Position numbers and translations under genes: made by a program
Assembly (NCBI GenBank): GCA_018673485.1
Contig: JABHCP010000005.1
Span: 64,102 to 128,101, forward strand
Length of the DNA stretch: 64,000 bases
DNA from: Candidatus Uhrbacteria bacterium
GTDB taxonomy: Bacteria > Patescibacteriota > Patescibacteriia > UBA9934
Direction of reading: 5' to 3'
Shown here: positions 28,943-38,489 of the stretch, one piece after another
Numbering within the stretch: the stretch's first letter is position 1
Layout: every line of letters starts with the position of its first letter
The notes under the pieces: model-generated
Told to the model about the DNA's origin: nothing
Databases searched by the model: none
What the model saw: the letters and a program-made list of their open reading frames with translations, nothing else

Positions 28943-30508
28943 TTAGCGAGCGTATTCAGTCGCTCGTGTTTCACGAATAACTGTTACGCGCACCTCACCT
29001 GGATATGTGAGTTCTGATTCAATCTTTTTAGCAATGTCTCGTGCTAAATTCTCAGATGAAAATTCATCGATTTTGTCAGGCCGTACGAAAACTCGAACTT
29101 CACGTCCTGCCTGAATCGCGTAAGCTTTTTCAACTCCTTCAAATTCGCTGGCAGTTTGTTCTAGGTTTTGTAATCGTTGAATGTACTCCTCAAGAGTATT
29201 GCGTCGCGCTCCAGGTCGTGCACCACTGATCGCATCCGCTGCCTTAACAATGACACCTTCGATAGTCTTTGGCTTATCTTCATGATGAGCAATTGACTGG
29301 TAGCAAAGCTCTTCTGGGAATCCAAACTTTTTCATGATGTTGTAGCCAATCTCTGGGTGCGCACCCTGCATGTCGTGGTCAACTGCTTTTCCAATATCAT
29401 GGAACAGTCCACCCTTTTTGCAATCAAATACATTAGCTCCAAGCTCTTCGGCAAGCATTCCAGAAACTCGCGCTACCTCGATTGAGTGTTGCAGCACATT
29501 CTGACCATAACTTGTTCTGAATTTAAGTCGTCCCAAGATAGAGATCAGCTTAGGGTCAATTGATGAAACTGGAATTCCAAGTTCATATAATGCGTCCTCT
29601 CCAGACTTTTTCATTTCCTTTGCCAACCCTTTCTTCGCTTCCATTACAGCGTCCTCAATTCGTGCTGGTTGAATTCGACCGTCCTTAATAAGTGCGGTAA
29701 GTGCGCGGTTGGCAACCTGACGACGAACAGGGGAGAACCCACTAATCATAATTGCCTCCGGAGTATCATCAATGATGAGTTCGCAACCAGTGAGGCGCTC
29801 AAGAGTTTTGATGTTACGCCCTTCTTTACCAATGATCCGTCCTTTCATCTCATCTGAAGGAAGCGAAACCATTGTCGTAGTAGCGTCAGAAACGTGGCTA
29901 GCAGCAAAACGCTGTACAGCCAAAGAGATTATTGAGTTTGCACGCTTTTCGATTTCTTCTTCACTGACTTGTTCAAGCTTGTGCATTCGGTTAAGAAGCG
30001 TTTCTTTCTCCGCTTCTTCAACTGCACTGAGCAATTCCTCACGAGCTTGGTCATGAGTAAGTCCAGCAATTTTTTGCAACTTATCAATTTGTTCTTGCTT
30101 TACCTCATTGACCTTAATCTTGAGCTCTTCAAGTTGCTTTTGTTCCTTTTCAAGCTTGTTTTTTCGATCCTCAACTGCGAGCAGTTGCTGGTCAAACTTA
30201 TTTTCACGATGTTGCAATCGTGATTGCTGAGATTGAATCTCGCGCCTTCGCGCCTCGGCATCTTTTTTACCTTCTTCAAGTGTGGCGATTGCTTTTTCTT
30301 TTGCCTGGAGCAGGATCTCTTTTTCTTGTGATTTTGCCTTGTTTAGGATTTTTTCAGCTCGGGCCTCAACGGACTTTGCCTTGCCTTTCATGACAATTTT
30401 TCGGACAAAGTATCCAATCAAGATTCCAAGTAAAAAGACTCCCAACCCAATAGCAATCACCATTTCTAGTGTTGTCATAGAGTATTTAGGAGTTGGAAAT
30501 GAAAACAA
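28943..30508 (-). CDS. rny: ribonuclease Y (N-terminal TM, KH domain, HD domain)
   Basis: Coiled-coil, KH GKEGRNIK, HD motif HDIGK; the start may be the internal ATG at 30478. Confidence 0.85.
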   Translation of the reverse strand: MFSFPTPKYSMTTLEMVIAIGLGVFLLGILIGYFVRKIVMKGKAKSVEARAEKILNKAKSQEKEILLQAKEKAIATLEEGKKDAEARRREIQSQQSRLQHRENKFDQQLLAVEDRKNKLEKEQKQLEELKIKVNEVKQEQIDKLQKIAGLTHDQAREELLSAVEEAEKETLLNRMHKLEQVSEEEIEKRANSIISLAVQRFAASHVSDATTTMVSLPSDEMKGRIIGKEGRNIKTLERLTGCELIIDDTPEAIMISGFSPVRRQVANRALTALIKDGRIQPARIEDAVMEAKKGLAKEMKKSGEDALYELGIPVSSIDPKLISILGRLKFRTSYGQNVLQHSIEVARVSGMLAEELGANVFDCKKGGLFHDIGKAVDHDMQGAHPEIGYNIMKKFGFPEELCYQSIAHHEDKPKTIEGVIVKAADAISGARPGARRNTLEEYIQRLQNLEQTASEFEGVEKAYAIQAGREVRVFVRPDKIDEFSSENLARDIAKKIESELTYPGEVRVTVIRETRATEYAR

Positions 30509-30670
30509 GCAGGAGCTATTCCTGATGGTCTATTCTTCGATTGTTCACGGATGTTAGCTGAAAACCTTTTGTAAAGATTTTTGCGCTAGATGTGTATTTT
30601 GAAGTCATAGATACTGCCGGTTTTGCCTGATTTTCTTCCAAACTCAGTTAATTTTTACATGCTTAGATTA

Positions 30671-31396
30671 TCATGCTTGCCCCTTTTCGTCAATCACATC
30701 AATTTCAAGCTTTTTTACCAAGTTCTGCCAAGTTTCAGAATTAATCTGATCCATCTCGAGTGCATCGGAAACGTTGAAGTCGCCGATCTTTGATCTCCGT
30801 AGTGCGCGGCAGTAGCCTGTAGTGTTGAGTTTTTGAGCTAAGTCGCGCGCGAGTGCTCGAATGTAGGTGCCACTTGAGCATTGAATGCGGACTTCAAGGA
30901 TTAGCTGACCATTTTCTTTTTCAATGTCACTGATAAGTCTAAAATCCTCTATTCGAACTGGTCTTGGCTTGCGTTCGATTTCCTCACCCTTGCGAGCCAT
31001 TTTATATAATCGTTGACCACCGACTTTAATAGCGGAATGCATTGGGGGGATTTGTTTTATATCACCGATAAGTTCTTTCATTACCGTATCGATCTGTTCG
31101 TGTGTGATCTCTGGCATATTAGTATCGACCACTACTTCAGTTTCTGTGTCCAGGCTGTCAGTTGTAGCACCCAGTACAAACTCTGCAATGTATTCTTTTC
31201 CGAGCCCCATGAAGGAGTCGATTTGTTTTGTTGCGTCGCGGCCAATTGCAACTATCAAAAGACCAGTAGCAAATGGGTCAAGCGTTCCTGCGTGACCAAT
31301 TTTTTTGATTTGCGTAATGTTGCGTAATTTTGCAACAACGTCAAAGCTAGTCCACTCCTGTGGTTTATTGATTAGAAGAAATCCTGAGTTTGTCAT
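30671..31396 (-). CDS. truB: tRNA pseudouridine(55) synthase TruB
   Basis: GHAGTLDPFATGLLIVAIG catalytic motif. The N-terminal extension in the ORF track is rejected (see noticed_but_rejected). Confidence 0.85.
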   Translation of the reverse strand: MTNSGFLLINKPQEWTSFDVVAKLRNITQIKKIGHAGTLDPFATGLLIVAIGRDATKQIDSFMGLGKEYIAEFVLGATTDSLDTETEVVVDTNMPEITHEQIDTVMKELIGDIKQIPPMHSAIKVGGQRLYKMARKGEEIERKPRPVRIEDFRLISDIEKENGQLILEVRIQCSSGTYIRALARDLAQKLNTTGYCRALRRSKIGDFNVSDALEMDQINSETWQNLVKKLEIDVIDEKGQA

Positions 31397-31433
31397 ATAA
31401 TCGGAGTATAGATCGAAATAAAAGAATTTACTA

Positions 31434-31540
31434 CCCATCCAGAGGAGCCTAAAGGCGACGAAGGACCCCGTGCGTAATGATCGAACGTTGATCAATCTAC
31501 GGGATTCCTCACTCGCTTTGCTCGTTTCGGAATGGGGGAG
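31434..31540 (+). ncRNA. about 105-nt structured element, copy 1, ending at the Shine-Dalgarno of the pilin-like gene
   Basis: cccatccagaggagcctaaaggcgacgaagga...acgggattcctc...cggaatggg. P1 CCCAUCC/GGAAUGGG, P2 GAGGA/UCCUC, internal hairpin GCCUAAAGGC. Second copy at 34726..34830. Confidence 0.45.
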
Positions 31541-31544
31541 GCAT

Positions 31545-32036
31545 ATGAACAAACCACGAGGTTACACGATCATCGAAGTTATTGCAGCGGTTTTTGTTGT
31601 CGCGATGATTTTATTGATCGGCATCATTGTCGCGAATCCGAAAGACTCACTCGAAGGTGCATATCGCGAGCAGCAGCTCGATGGTGTGCGTGATTATATG
31701 GAAGTCATGTTAGGGCTTGAAATATCCGACCCCGATTTGTTTTATGAGATTGCACTGCAGGTGGAAGGTGAGAAGAAGATGATCGGAATGGGGCAGGGGT
31801 GCGATGGTTCTTTTGGGGATCAGTGCGAGGATGCTGAGCTATCAGATACTTGCTTGGATATTCAAAATTATTTACCCGAAGGGTTTTTGGAGGAATTACC
31901 TGTTGATTTATCAAATACAACATTTTCACGCGTCCGGACAGGATATTACATGTTATATGAGGATGATGTGCTCGAAGTCGGAGTCTGCGACCCCTCTGGT
32001 GCTGAAAGTGTAAGATTGATGAGTTTGATTCGATGA
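31545..32036 (+). CDS. type IV pilin / pseudopilin-like protein with an N-terminal prepilin motif
   Basis: MNKPRG-YTIIEVIAAVFVV matches the G/(F,Y)TLIE class III signal; gggggaggcatATG Shine-Dalgarno. Confidence 0.65.
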   Translation: MNKPRGYTIIEVIAAVFVVAMILLIGIIVANPKDSLEGAYREQQLDGVRDYMEVMLGLEISDPDLFYEIALQVEGEKKMIGMGQGCDGSFGDQCEDAELSDTCLDIQNYLPEGFLEELPVDLSNTTFSRVRTGYYMLYEDDVLEVGVCDPSGAESVRLMSLIR

Positions 32037-32068
32037 TTAAAAATCGAGGTCTGATCTCGTTTTTTTGT

Positions 32069-32100
32069 TTCACATTTGTCCCGATCGGGACAAATGTGAA
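32069..32100. promoter_or_regulatory. 32-nt perfect palindrome ttcacatttgTCCCGATCGGGAcaaatgtgaa upstream of the infB promoter (TTGACA-17-TATCCT)
   Basis: Same CCGATCGG core as 19444 and 19548. Confidence 0.5.
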
Positions 32101-32177
32101 AAATATGACTGGGCTCTGGAGTCTGTCGTCTGACCTCTGAAATTGACATTTTTCCCTAATTTTCGTATCCTTGCGCC

Positions 32178-34205
32178 ATGAATATCTCAGAATTAGCACG
32201 AAGATTACGAATCTCCACCGACGAGCTTAGAACCAAATTGCCTGAGCTCGGTTTTGATATTGGAGCCAAGGCCATCAAGATCCCAGATCGAGAGGCTGGA
32301 AGGATCCAATACGCATGGCGTCAGTATCAGAAACGTAAGTTTTTGGCAGGTAAACGTGATGAGCAACGCGCAAGAGCTGAGCGAAAACAAATGGTTGTAG
32401 AAGGAACTGCGCAGAAGATTTTTCTGCCAAACGCTATTACTGTGCGAGAGTTTGCAGATAAGGTGGAGATGCCGATTGCAAAGGTAATGCAAGAACTAAT
32501 GCGTGCAGGAATTTTGGCATCATTAAACGAACGAATTGACTTTGACAGTGCAGCAATTATCTCAGCTGATCTCGGATTCATTGCTGAGCAGGAAGATGCA
32601 GAGGCAAAAGCAGCTGATGAAGAGGGAATGGAAAAACTTGAAGGAATACTTGCCGATCAAGAAGGTGCACAGCCGCGACCGCCAGTTATTGTTGTTATGG
32701 GTCACGTTGACCACGGTAAGACAAAGTTGCTCGACGCTATTCGAGACACAAATGTAATTGATACCGAGCATGGTGGAATCACTCAGCACATCGGTGCTTA
32801 CCAAGTGGTGCGCAATGATCGTGAACTTACTTTTATTGATACTCCAGGACACGAAGCTTTTACAGTGATGCGTTCTCGTGGAGCAAAAGTTGCCGACATC
32901 GCAATCATTGTTGTGGCAGCTGACGACGGAGTGAAGCCACAGACTCGTGAGGTAATCGATATCGTGAAGGCTTCAAAGATGCCGTTTATTGTAGCGATCA
33001 ACAAAATAGATAAAGAGAATGCGAATATAGACATGGTAAAGAGCCAGCTCTCAGAGTTTGGGCTTATTCCAGAGGACTACGGTGGTGACACGGTGATGGT
33101 TCCAATCTCTGCAAAGCAAGGACAGAACATTGATCAGATTTTGGATATGTTGATCCTTGTAGCTGACATGGAAAAGGATAAGATCGTTGCTAATGCTGAC
33201 CGTAGAGGCATCGGAACAATTATTGAATCAAGAGTTGATAAGGCTCGTGGTCCAGTTGCGACAGTTCTAGTTCAGTCTGGAACATTAAAGTTAGGCAATG
33301 CAGTTGGTGTACGTGGTGCAGGTTACGGAAAAGTTCGTGCAATGCAGACTTGGGATGGTAAGGATATTAAAGAAGCAAAGCCATCAACTCCAGTTAGAAT
33401 TTTAGGATTTAAAGCAGCGCCTTCCATTGGAGACGTAATGGAAGTTCCAGAAGATCCAAAGTCACTTGAAAAGCTAAAGTCACAACCAACGCGTAAAGCA
33501 GGAGCAGATGAGATGCGAGTTCATACGTCGCAAGCCGAAGTTGGGACAGATGACGAGAATGATGGAGACAAGAAGGTAATGCTAAACATTATTATTCGCT
33601 CAGACGTACTCGGATCACTCGAAGCTGTACTTGGAATGATCGAGAAGATTGACAACCCTCATGTTGGAGTTAAGGTGATTTCCAAGGGACTTGGAAACGT
33701 AACTGATGCCGATATTATTAGTGCGGAAGCTGCAAAGGCGTGGGTGTTTGCATTCAATGTTAAACCACCGAGCGCTGTAGCAATGCTTGCACGTGAGAAG
33801 GATGTAAAGTTAAGCGAGTACACTGTTATTTACAAACTATTTGAAGATTTGGTAGAGCGCCTTCGTATTCTTATTCCTGCCGAGCAAATTTACACAGAGC
33901 TCGGAGCGGTCGAGATTCTTGCAACATTCCAAAAAATAGCAAAGGGAATGATTATTGGAGGAAAGGTAACCAAGGGTATTATTGCAGTCGGCGCCACAGC
34001 TCGTGTTGTGCGAGAAGAGGAAGTAATTGCCGAGGGAAAGATTAATAGCTTGCAGATGGGTAAGATGGATGTGAAGGATGTAGAGAAGGGTAACGAATGT
34101 GGAATTGAGTTTACTGGAAAAGCAAAGATCGAACCCGGTGACATACTCGAGATTTACCGCGAAGAAGAAAAGGCTCGAACACTCGAGGTCGAAGGATCTA
34201 AATAA
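32178..34205 (+). CDS. infB: translation initiation factor IF-2
   Basis: G-domain [21 protein letters not shown]. Confidence 0.95.
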   Translation: MNISELARRLRISTDELRTKLPELGFDIGAKAIKIPDREAGRIQYAWRQYQKRKFLAGKRDEQRARAERKQMVVEGTAQKIFLPNAITVREFADKVEMPIAKVMQELMRAGILASLNERIDFDSAAIISADLGFIAEQEDAEAKAADEEGMEKLEGILADQEGAQPRPPVIVVMGHVDHGKTKLLDAIRDTNVIDTEHGGITQHIGAYQVVRNDRELTFIDTPGHEAFTVMRSRGAKVADIAIIVVAADDGVKPQTREVIDIVKASKMPFIVAINKIDKENANIDMVKSQLSEFGLIPEDYGGDTVMVPISAKQGQNIDQILDMLILVADMEKDKIVANADRRGIGTIIESRVDKARGPVATVLVQSGTLKLGNAVGVRGAGYGKVRAMQTWDGKDIKEAKPSTPVRILGFKAAPSIGDVMEVPEDPKSLEKLKSQPTRKAGADEMRVHTSQAEVGTDDENDGDKKVMLNIIIRSDVLGSLEAVLGMIEKIDNPHVGVKVISKGLGNVTDADIISAEAAKAWVFAFNVKPPSAVAMLAREKDVKLSEYTVIYKLFEDLVERLRILIPAEQIYTELGAVEILATFQKIAKGMIIGGKVTKGIIAVGATARVVREEEVIAEGKINSLQMGKMDVKDVEKGNECGIEFTGKAKIEPGDILEIYREEEKARTLEVEGSK

Positions 34206-34353
34206 GAGATTTATCAAAACCGCGCCTTATGCGCGGTTTTGTGTTTCAAGGTTGAACCTCTAGAGGCTCAACCTTGAACGAGAAAGTGTCTATTTATTGT
34301 CAATCTCATGCTATGTGGTAAAATACCTCTCGTCGATTCATAAATATAAAACT

Positions 34354-34665
34354 ATGGAGTTAACAACAGACAGCTTTGATGAAAAAGTTTTGCAAGCAGA
34401 TGGTCTTGTATTGGTAGATTTTTGGGCAGAGTGGTGTGGGCCTTGTAAGATGATGAGCCCGATCGTTGATGAGCTTGCCAGTGAGCTTGATGGAGTGGTG
34501 GTAGGAAAGGTGAATGTTGATAACGAACCAGATCTAGCGCGACAATTTAATATTCTTTCAATTCCAACATTTATAATTTTCAAATCAGGACAGGTCGTTG
34601 AGCAGTTCTCAGGATCAATGAATAAAGAGATGCTAAAGGAGAGAATTGGAAAGCACATGGAGTAG
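34354..34665 (+). CDS. trxA: thioredoxin
   Basis: WAEWCGPCK active site. Confidence 0.9.
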   Translation: MELTTDSFDEKVLQADGLVLVDFWAEWCGPCKMMSPIVDELASELDGVVVGKVNVDNEPDLARQFNILSIPTFIIFKSGQVVEQFSGSMNKEMLKERIGKHME

Positions 34666-34696
34666 CAGTACGCAGTGCTCAGTTCACAGTATGAAG
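34666..34696 (+). repeat. heptamer CAG repeats (cagtacgcag-tgctcag-ttcacag-tatgaag) after the trxA stop, before the terminator
   Basis: Same heptamers as at 14302, in a different order. Confidence 0.55.
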
Positions 34697-34725
34697 GAGT
34701 CGGCCAAAGTCGGCTCTTTTTTGTG

Positions 34726-34830
34726 CCCATCCAGAGGAGCCTAAAGGCGACGAAGGATCTCGTACATTGCCGATCGAACGTCGACGTAAACAACGGGATT
34801 CCTCGCAGAGCTCGGAATGGGTGGCGAGGG
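34726..34830 (+). ncRNA. about 105-nt structured element, copy 2, in the trxB leader
   Basis: See 31434..31540. The first 32 nt are identical; the stems are conserved and the loops vary. Confidence 0.45.
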
Positions 34831-34882
34831 GAGTGGATAAATCGAGCAAGGTAAGATCTTCTTGTGATAAAATAACTCACGT

Positions 34883-35806
34883 ATGGAAAAACGTCGATTG
34901 ATTATTGTTGGATCCGGTCCGGCCGGGTATACAGCTGCTATTTACGCTGCACGAGCTGATCTGCAGCCGCTTTTATTTACTGGCATTCAACCAGGTGGGC
35001 AACTCACAACGACAACTGACGTTGAGAATTGGCCCGGCGAGGTTGAGGGTATTATGGGCACGCAGCTCATGGAGAATCTTAAGGCACAGGCTTTGCGGTT
35101 TGGAACTGAGGTGGTGGACGCCACTGTTGCTGATATCGATTTGAGTGTTAGACCGTTTAAGATGAAAACTGAGCAGGGTGAGTATGAAGCTGATGCGGTG
35201 ATTGTTGCCACAGGTGCTTCTGCAAAGTGGTTGGGAGTTCCTGGCGAGGATAATCTAAAGGGTAAAGGAGTTTCAGCGTGCGCGACATGTGATGGTTTCT
35301 TTTTCCGTGATAAAAAAATAGTCATGGTCGGTGGAGGTGACTCTGCAATGGAAGAAGCAATTTTCTTAACTCGATTTGCTGAGACTGTGACCGTGCTAGT
35401 ACGACGTGATGAGTTGCGAGCTTCAAAGATCATGCAAAAGCGAGCAATGGATAATTCAAAGATTAAGTTTTTGTGGAATACGGAAACCAAGGAATTAATC
35501 GGAACTGATAAGTTGGAATCGGTTAAGGTTTTGAATAATAAAACTCAAGAGGAGACAGACGTTCCGGCTGATGGATTTTTTGTGGCCATTGGTCACAAGC
35601 CTAATACAGATTTTCTTAACGGTCAGATCGAATTGGATGAGAATGGTTATATTAAAAATATCCCAGGAACTTCAAAGACAAGCCTGGAAGGTGTATTTGC
35701 CTGTGGTGACGTGATTGATCCGTGGTACCGTCAAGCAATAACCTCAGCGGGTACAGGCTGTATTGCGGCACTCGACGCTGAGCGGTGGTTAATTAATCAG
35801 GAATAG
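34883..35806 (+). CDS. trxB: thioredoxin-disulfide reductase
   Basis: GSGPAGYTAAIYAARA FAD motif; CATCDGFF redox-active disulfide. Confidence 0.9.
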   Translation: MEKRRLIIVGSGPAGYTAAIYAARADLQPLLFTGIQPGGQLTTTTDVENWPGEVEGIMGTQLMENLKAQALRFGTEVVDATVADIDLSVRPFKMKTEQGEYEADAVIVATGASAKWLGVPGEDNLKGKGVSACATCDGFFFRDKKIVMVGGGDSAMEEAIFLTRFAETVTVLVRRDELRASKIMQKRAMDNSKIKFLWNTETKELIGTDKLESVKVLNNKTQEETDVPADGFFVAIGHKPNTDFLNGQIELDENGYIKNIPGTSKTSLEGVFACGDVIDPWYRQAITSAGTGCIAALDAERWLINQE

Positions 35807-35818
35807 CTTAATTAACGT

Positions 35819-35851
35819 CCCTCTTCCCAAGGGGGACAACAGGGGGTTGCC
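35819..35851. repeat. GC-rich hairpin element, inverted copy (ccctcttcccaagggggacaacagggggttgcc)
   Basis: Reverse complement of the element at 1512 and 51964. Followed by palindrome attcgatcgaat and a nested GC hairpin that ends in the gdh Shine-Dalgarno. Confidence 0.65.
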
Positions 35852-35956
35852 AGGATTCGATCGAATTCGATCAAACGGCAACCACCCCCAGCCCCTCCTT
35901 GCCCTTTCGACAAGCTCAGGGCACCCTGAGGAATCGAAGGGTGGGAAGGAGGGGAG

Positions 35957-37195
35957 ATGAATTACCACTTTAAACTTCTTGCTATGAATACAGCATTCGA
36001 CAACGCTTTGAATCAAATCAATCGAGCAGCAGAGCTTGCGAATATTGATGCGCAGGTTTTGGCAAAGCTTTTGGTTCCAATGAACGAGGTGAAGATCGAT
36101 ATCCCGGTAACTATGGATGATGGATCCGAGAAGACCTTTGAAGGTTTCCGCGTGCAACACAACAATTGGCGTGGGCCGTTTAAGGGTGGAATTCGTTATC
36201 ATCAACAGGTTGATATTCATGAGGTGAAAGCACTTGCTACTTGGATGACATTTAAGTGTGCAGTGGCTGGAATCCCAATGGGAGGCGGAAAGGGCGGAGT
36301 ACTTGTAAATCCAAAAGAACTTTCAGTTACTGAGTTGGAAAAGTTGACTCGCGGATGGGCACGTGGAATGAAGGACGTTATTGGTCCCGAGATTGATGTT
36401 CCAGCACCTGACGTTAACACATCACCACGTGAGATGGCGTGGATCGCAGATGAGTTTGGCCACCCTGCAGTTGTGACTGGAAAGCCAATTGAAGCTGGAG
36501 GAAGCGCTGGGCGAGGAGCAGCAACTGCAACTGGTGGATATTATGTTCTTGATACTTTGATTGATAGATTGCACTTGGAGCCAGAAATGCGCAGTGCAGT
36601 GATTCAAGGATTTGGGAACGCTGGGAGAATCATGGCGACGTTATTGCATCGACATGGATGGAAGATCATTGCAGTTTCTGATTCACGAGGTGGAATTTAC
36701 AATCCGCTCGGATTAGATGTTGAGGCACTCGAGGCGCACAAGGATGCAACGCGAACGGTGCAGGATTTTGAAGGCGCTGAGAATATTTCAAATGAAGAAT
36801 TACTTGAGCTTGAGTGCGGGCTATTAGTTCCAGCGGCACTTGAGAATCAGATCACAAAAGAAAATGCGGCAAGTATTAAAGCACGCGTGATATTAGAACT
36901 CGCCAACGGGCCAACGACTCCTGAGGCTGATGATATTTTACGTGAGCGTGGTATTGAGGTGATTCCTGATATCCTGGCAAACTCTGGAGGAGTAACCGTT
37001 AGTTATTACGAGTGGGATCAGAACATGAAGGGTGAGGTTTGGACCGAGGAGCAGGTTGATGACAAATTAAGAAAAGCAATGACAGAAGCTGCGGACGCTG
37101 TTTGGGAACAAAAAGAAAAATACAATACAGACTTCCGCCGCGCAGCATTCGTCCTCGCACTAGAACGTCTACAAGAATCAGCACCCAAAGAATAA
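35957..37195 (+). CDS. gdhA: Glu/Leu/Phe/Val-family dehydrogenase (glutamate dehydrogenase)
   Basis: FKGGIRYH, GGGKGG motifs; Rossmann GFGNAG. Confidence 0.9.
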   Translation: MNYHFKLLAMNTAFDNALNQINRAAELANIDAQVLAKLLVPMNEVKIDIPVTMDDGSEKTFEGFRVQHNNWRGPFKGGIRYHQQVDIHEVKALATWMTFKCAVAGIPMGGGKGGVLVNPKELSVTELEKLTRGWARGMKDVIGPEIDVPAPDVNTSPREMAWIADEFGHPAVVTGKPIEAGGSAGRGAATATGGYYVLDTLIDRLHLEPEMRSAVIQGFGNAGRIMATLLHRHGWKIIAVSDSRGGIYNPLGLDVEALEAHKDATRTVQDFEGAENISNEELLELECGLLVPAALENQITKENAASIKARVILELANGPTTPEADDILRERGIEVIPDILANSGGVTVSYYEWDQNMKGEVWTEEQVDDKLRKAMTEAADAVWEQKEKYNTDFRRAAFVLALERLQESAPKE

Positions 37196-37350
37196 TGATT
37201 CTATCGATTCGATTCCCCCTACTTTTTAAGGAGGGGATAGGGGTGGTTATTAAATAGTTTCATTTAAAAAAGCAACAATCCCGGACATTCAAGTCCGGGA
37301 CACGACTGACACCGCGAGGGTCAGTTTTTGATATTGTAGGTCGCGCGCTA

Positions 37351-37452
37351 GTTGCACACATAGACGTAGGTCACCAGACCAAGCCCCACGCACGCGAGGC
37401 TGATCGGGACGATGTTCGTGGTCACCCAGAGGCAAATGCGGTAGATCATGAG
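37351..37452 (-). CDS. possible 33-aa hydrophobic micropeptide (MIYRICLWVTTNIVPISLACVGLGLVTYVYVCN)
   Basis: ggag Shine-Dalgarno 7 nt upstream; own terminator downstream on the minus strand; speculative. Confidence 0.25.
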
Positions 37453-37581
37453 TAGCTCCAGGTAGGAGATTGGGAGGGGATACATTCACCTTGCCGTATA
37501 CAGGCGAGTTTGTCAAAAGCAAAAAACCACACCCGAGAGCGCAGTTCTTGCGCCTGTCCGATTCGATCGGACGGGGTGTGG

Positions 37582-37830
37582 TTAGGGGGTGCGGCCTCCC
37601 TTGAGGTTCATCCGTAGGAACACGATGAGAGCACATGCGGTGAGCAGGCCTGGGAAGAAGGCGGCCCAGCCGCAGGCCTCGGCGTAGCTCCCGGAGGTGT
37701 CCACCAGGTGCATCTGAGTGGTCAGACCACCGAGCATCTGCAACGGGACCTTGATGAAGAACAGGCAGAGCATGGCAACCACGAAGCCACCAACGAGGTC
37801 TACCAAGTGCTGAGTAATATCATGTGTCAT
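37582..37830 (-). CDS. small membrane protein (82 aa), high-GC cassette
   Basis: ggagggcttcATG Shine-Dalgarno; two TM helices. The terminator includes palindrome gtccgattcgatcggac (37577..37593). Confidence 0.45.
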   Translation of the reverse strand: MTHDITQHLVDLVGGFVVAMLCLFFIKVPLQMLGGLTTQMHLVDTSGSYAEACGWAAFFPGLLTACALIVFLRMNLKGGRTP

Positions 37831-37959
37831 GAAGCCCTCCAGGCTTTCAGGGTACCAAGCAAGCTATCATGATTTTTACCTTTTGTCAACCCCTAAAGGC
37901 ACGCAAAAAACAATCGATCGCACTCAGTTGAGCGCGATCGAGATGTGACATAGGTGTAC

Positions 37960-38346
37960 CTAGCCCTGGGGACATACGCGGAACTCTTCCGCGTCACCCA
38001 GGGTAAGGTGGCGTGAGTCGAGGCCGTTCTGGAGCCAAAGGCGAGCCTGGTGCCCGCAATGCACCGTGGTGCCAATGAAGCAGCCGTAGCCTGCGCTGCA
38101 TCCTAGCGACATAGCGGCATTGTAGATTCTGCCACTTGAGATCTCGTAGTACGAGGTCTCGTCGTTGAGGTAGACTGCTAGGCGGTTCGGCTCGCTATCA
38201 TTGTACTCGATGCCGGCCTTGCAGTTCTGCTTGCCCCACAAGCAGTTGGCGGTGCTGGTGTCGAGGACCAAGCGGGTCGTCTCGTCCATCGGCTTGTTAC
38301 AACCGACGAGCATGAGAAGGGCCATGGTCAGGAGTCGAAAGGTCAT
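37960..38346 (-). CDS. cysteine-rich secreted lipoprotein (lipobox LVGC), high GC
   Basis: Signal peptide MTFRLLTMALLMLVGC; 10+ cysteines in the mature part. Confidence 0.5.
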   Translation of the reverse strand: MTFRLLTMALLMLVGCNKPMDETTRLVLDTSTANCLWGKQNCKAGIEYNDSEPNRLAVYLNDETSYYEISSGRIYNAAMSLGCSAGYGCFIGTTVHCGHQARLWLQNGLDSRHLTLGDAEEFRVCPQG

Positions 38347-38489
38347 GTGGGCTCCGAAGAGAGGGGGTTGAAGAGAGGGCGTTGGGGTCGATGGTCGACA
38401 GCGAAGAATAGCAGATTTCATTGATTTTGTCAACGATTGTGGTGTAAAACCTTCCCAAATATCTGCATTTTCGATAAACTTAATCCATT

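Noticed and set aside
31397-31552. N-terminal extension of TruB (MFICLPHSETSKASEESRRLINVRSLRTGSFVAFRLLWMG...) in the 30671..31552 ORF
   Set aside because: It is a read-through into the reverse strand of the 105-nt structured element. The same peptide (SFVAFRLLWMG) appears in the spurious 34338..34880 ORF, opposite the second element copy. The true truB start is the ATG at 31396 (MTNSGFLLINKP).
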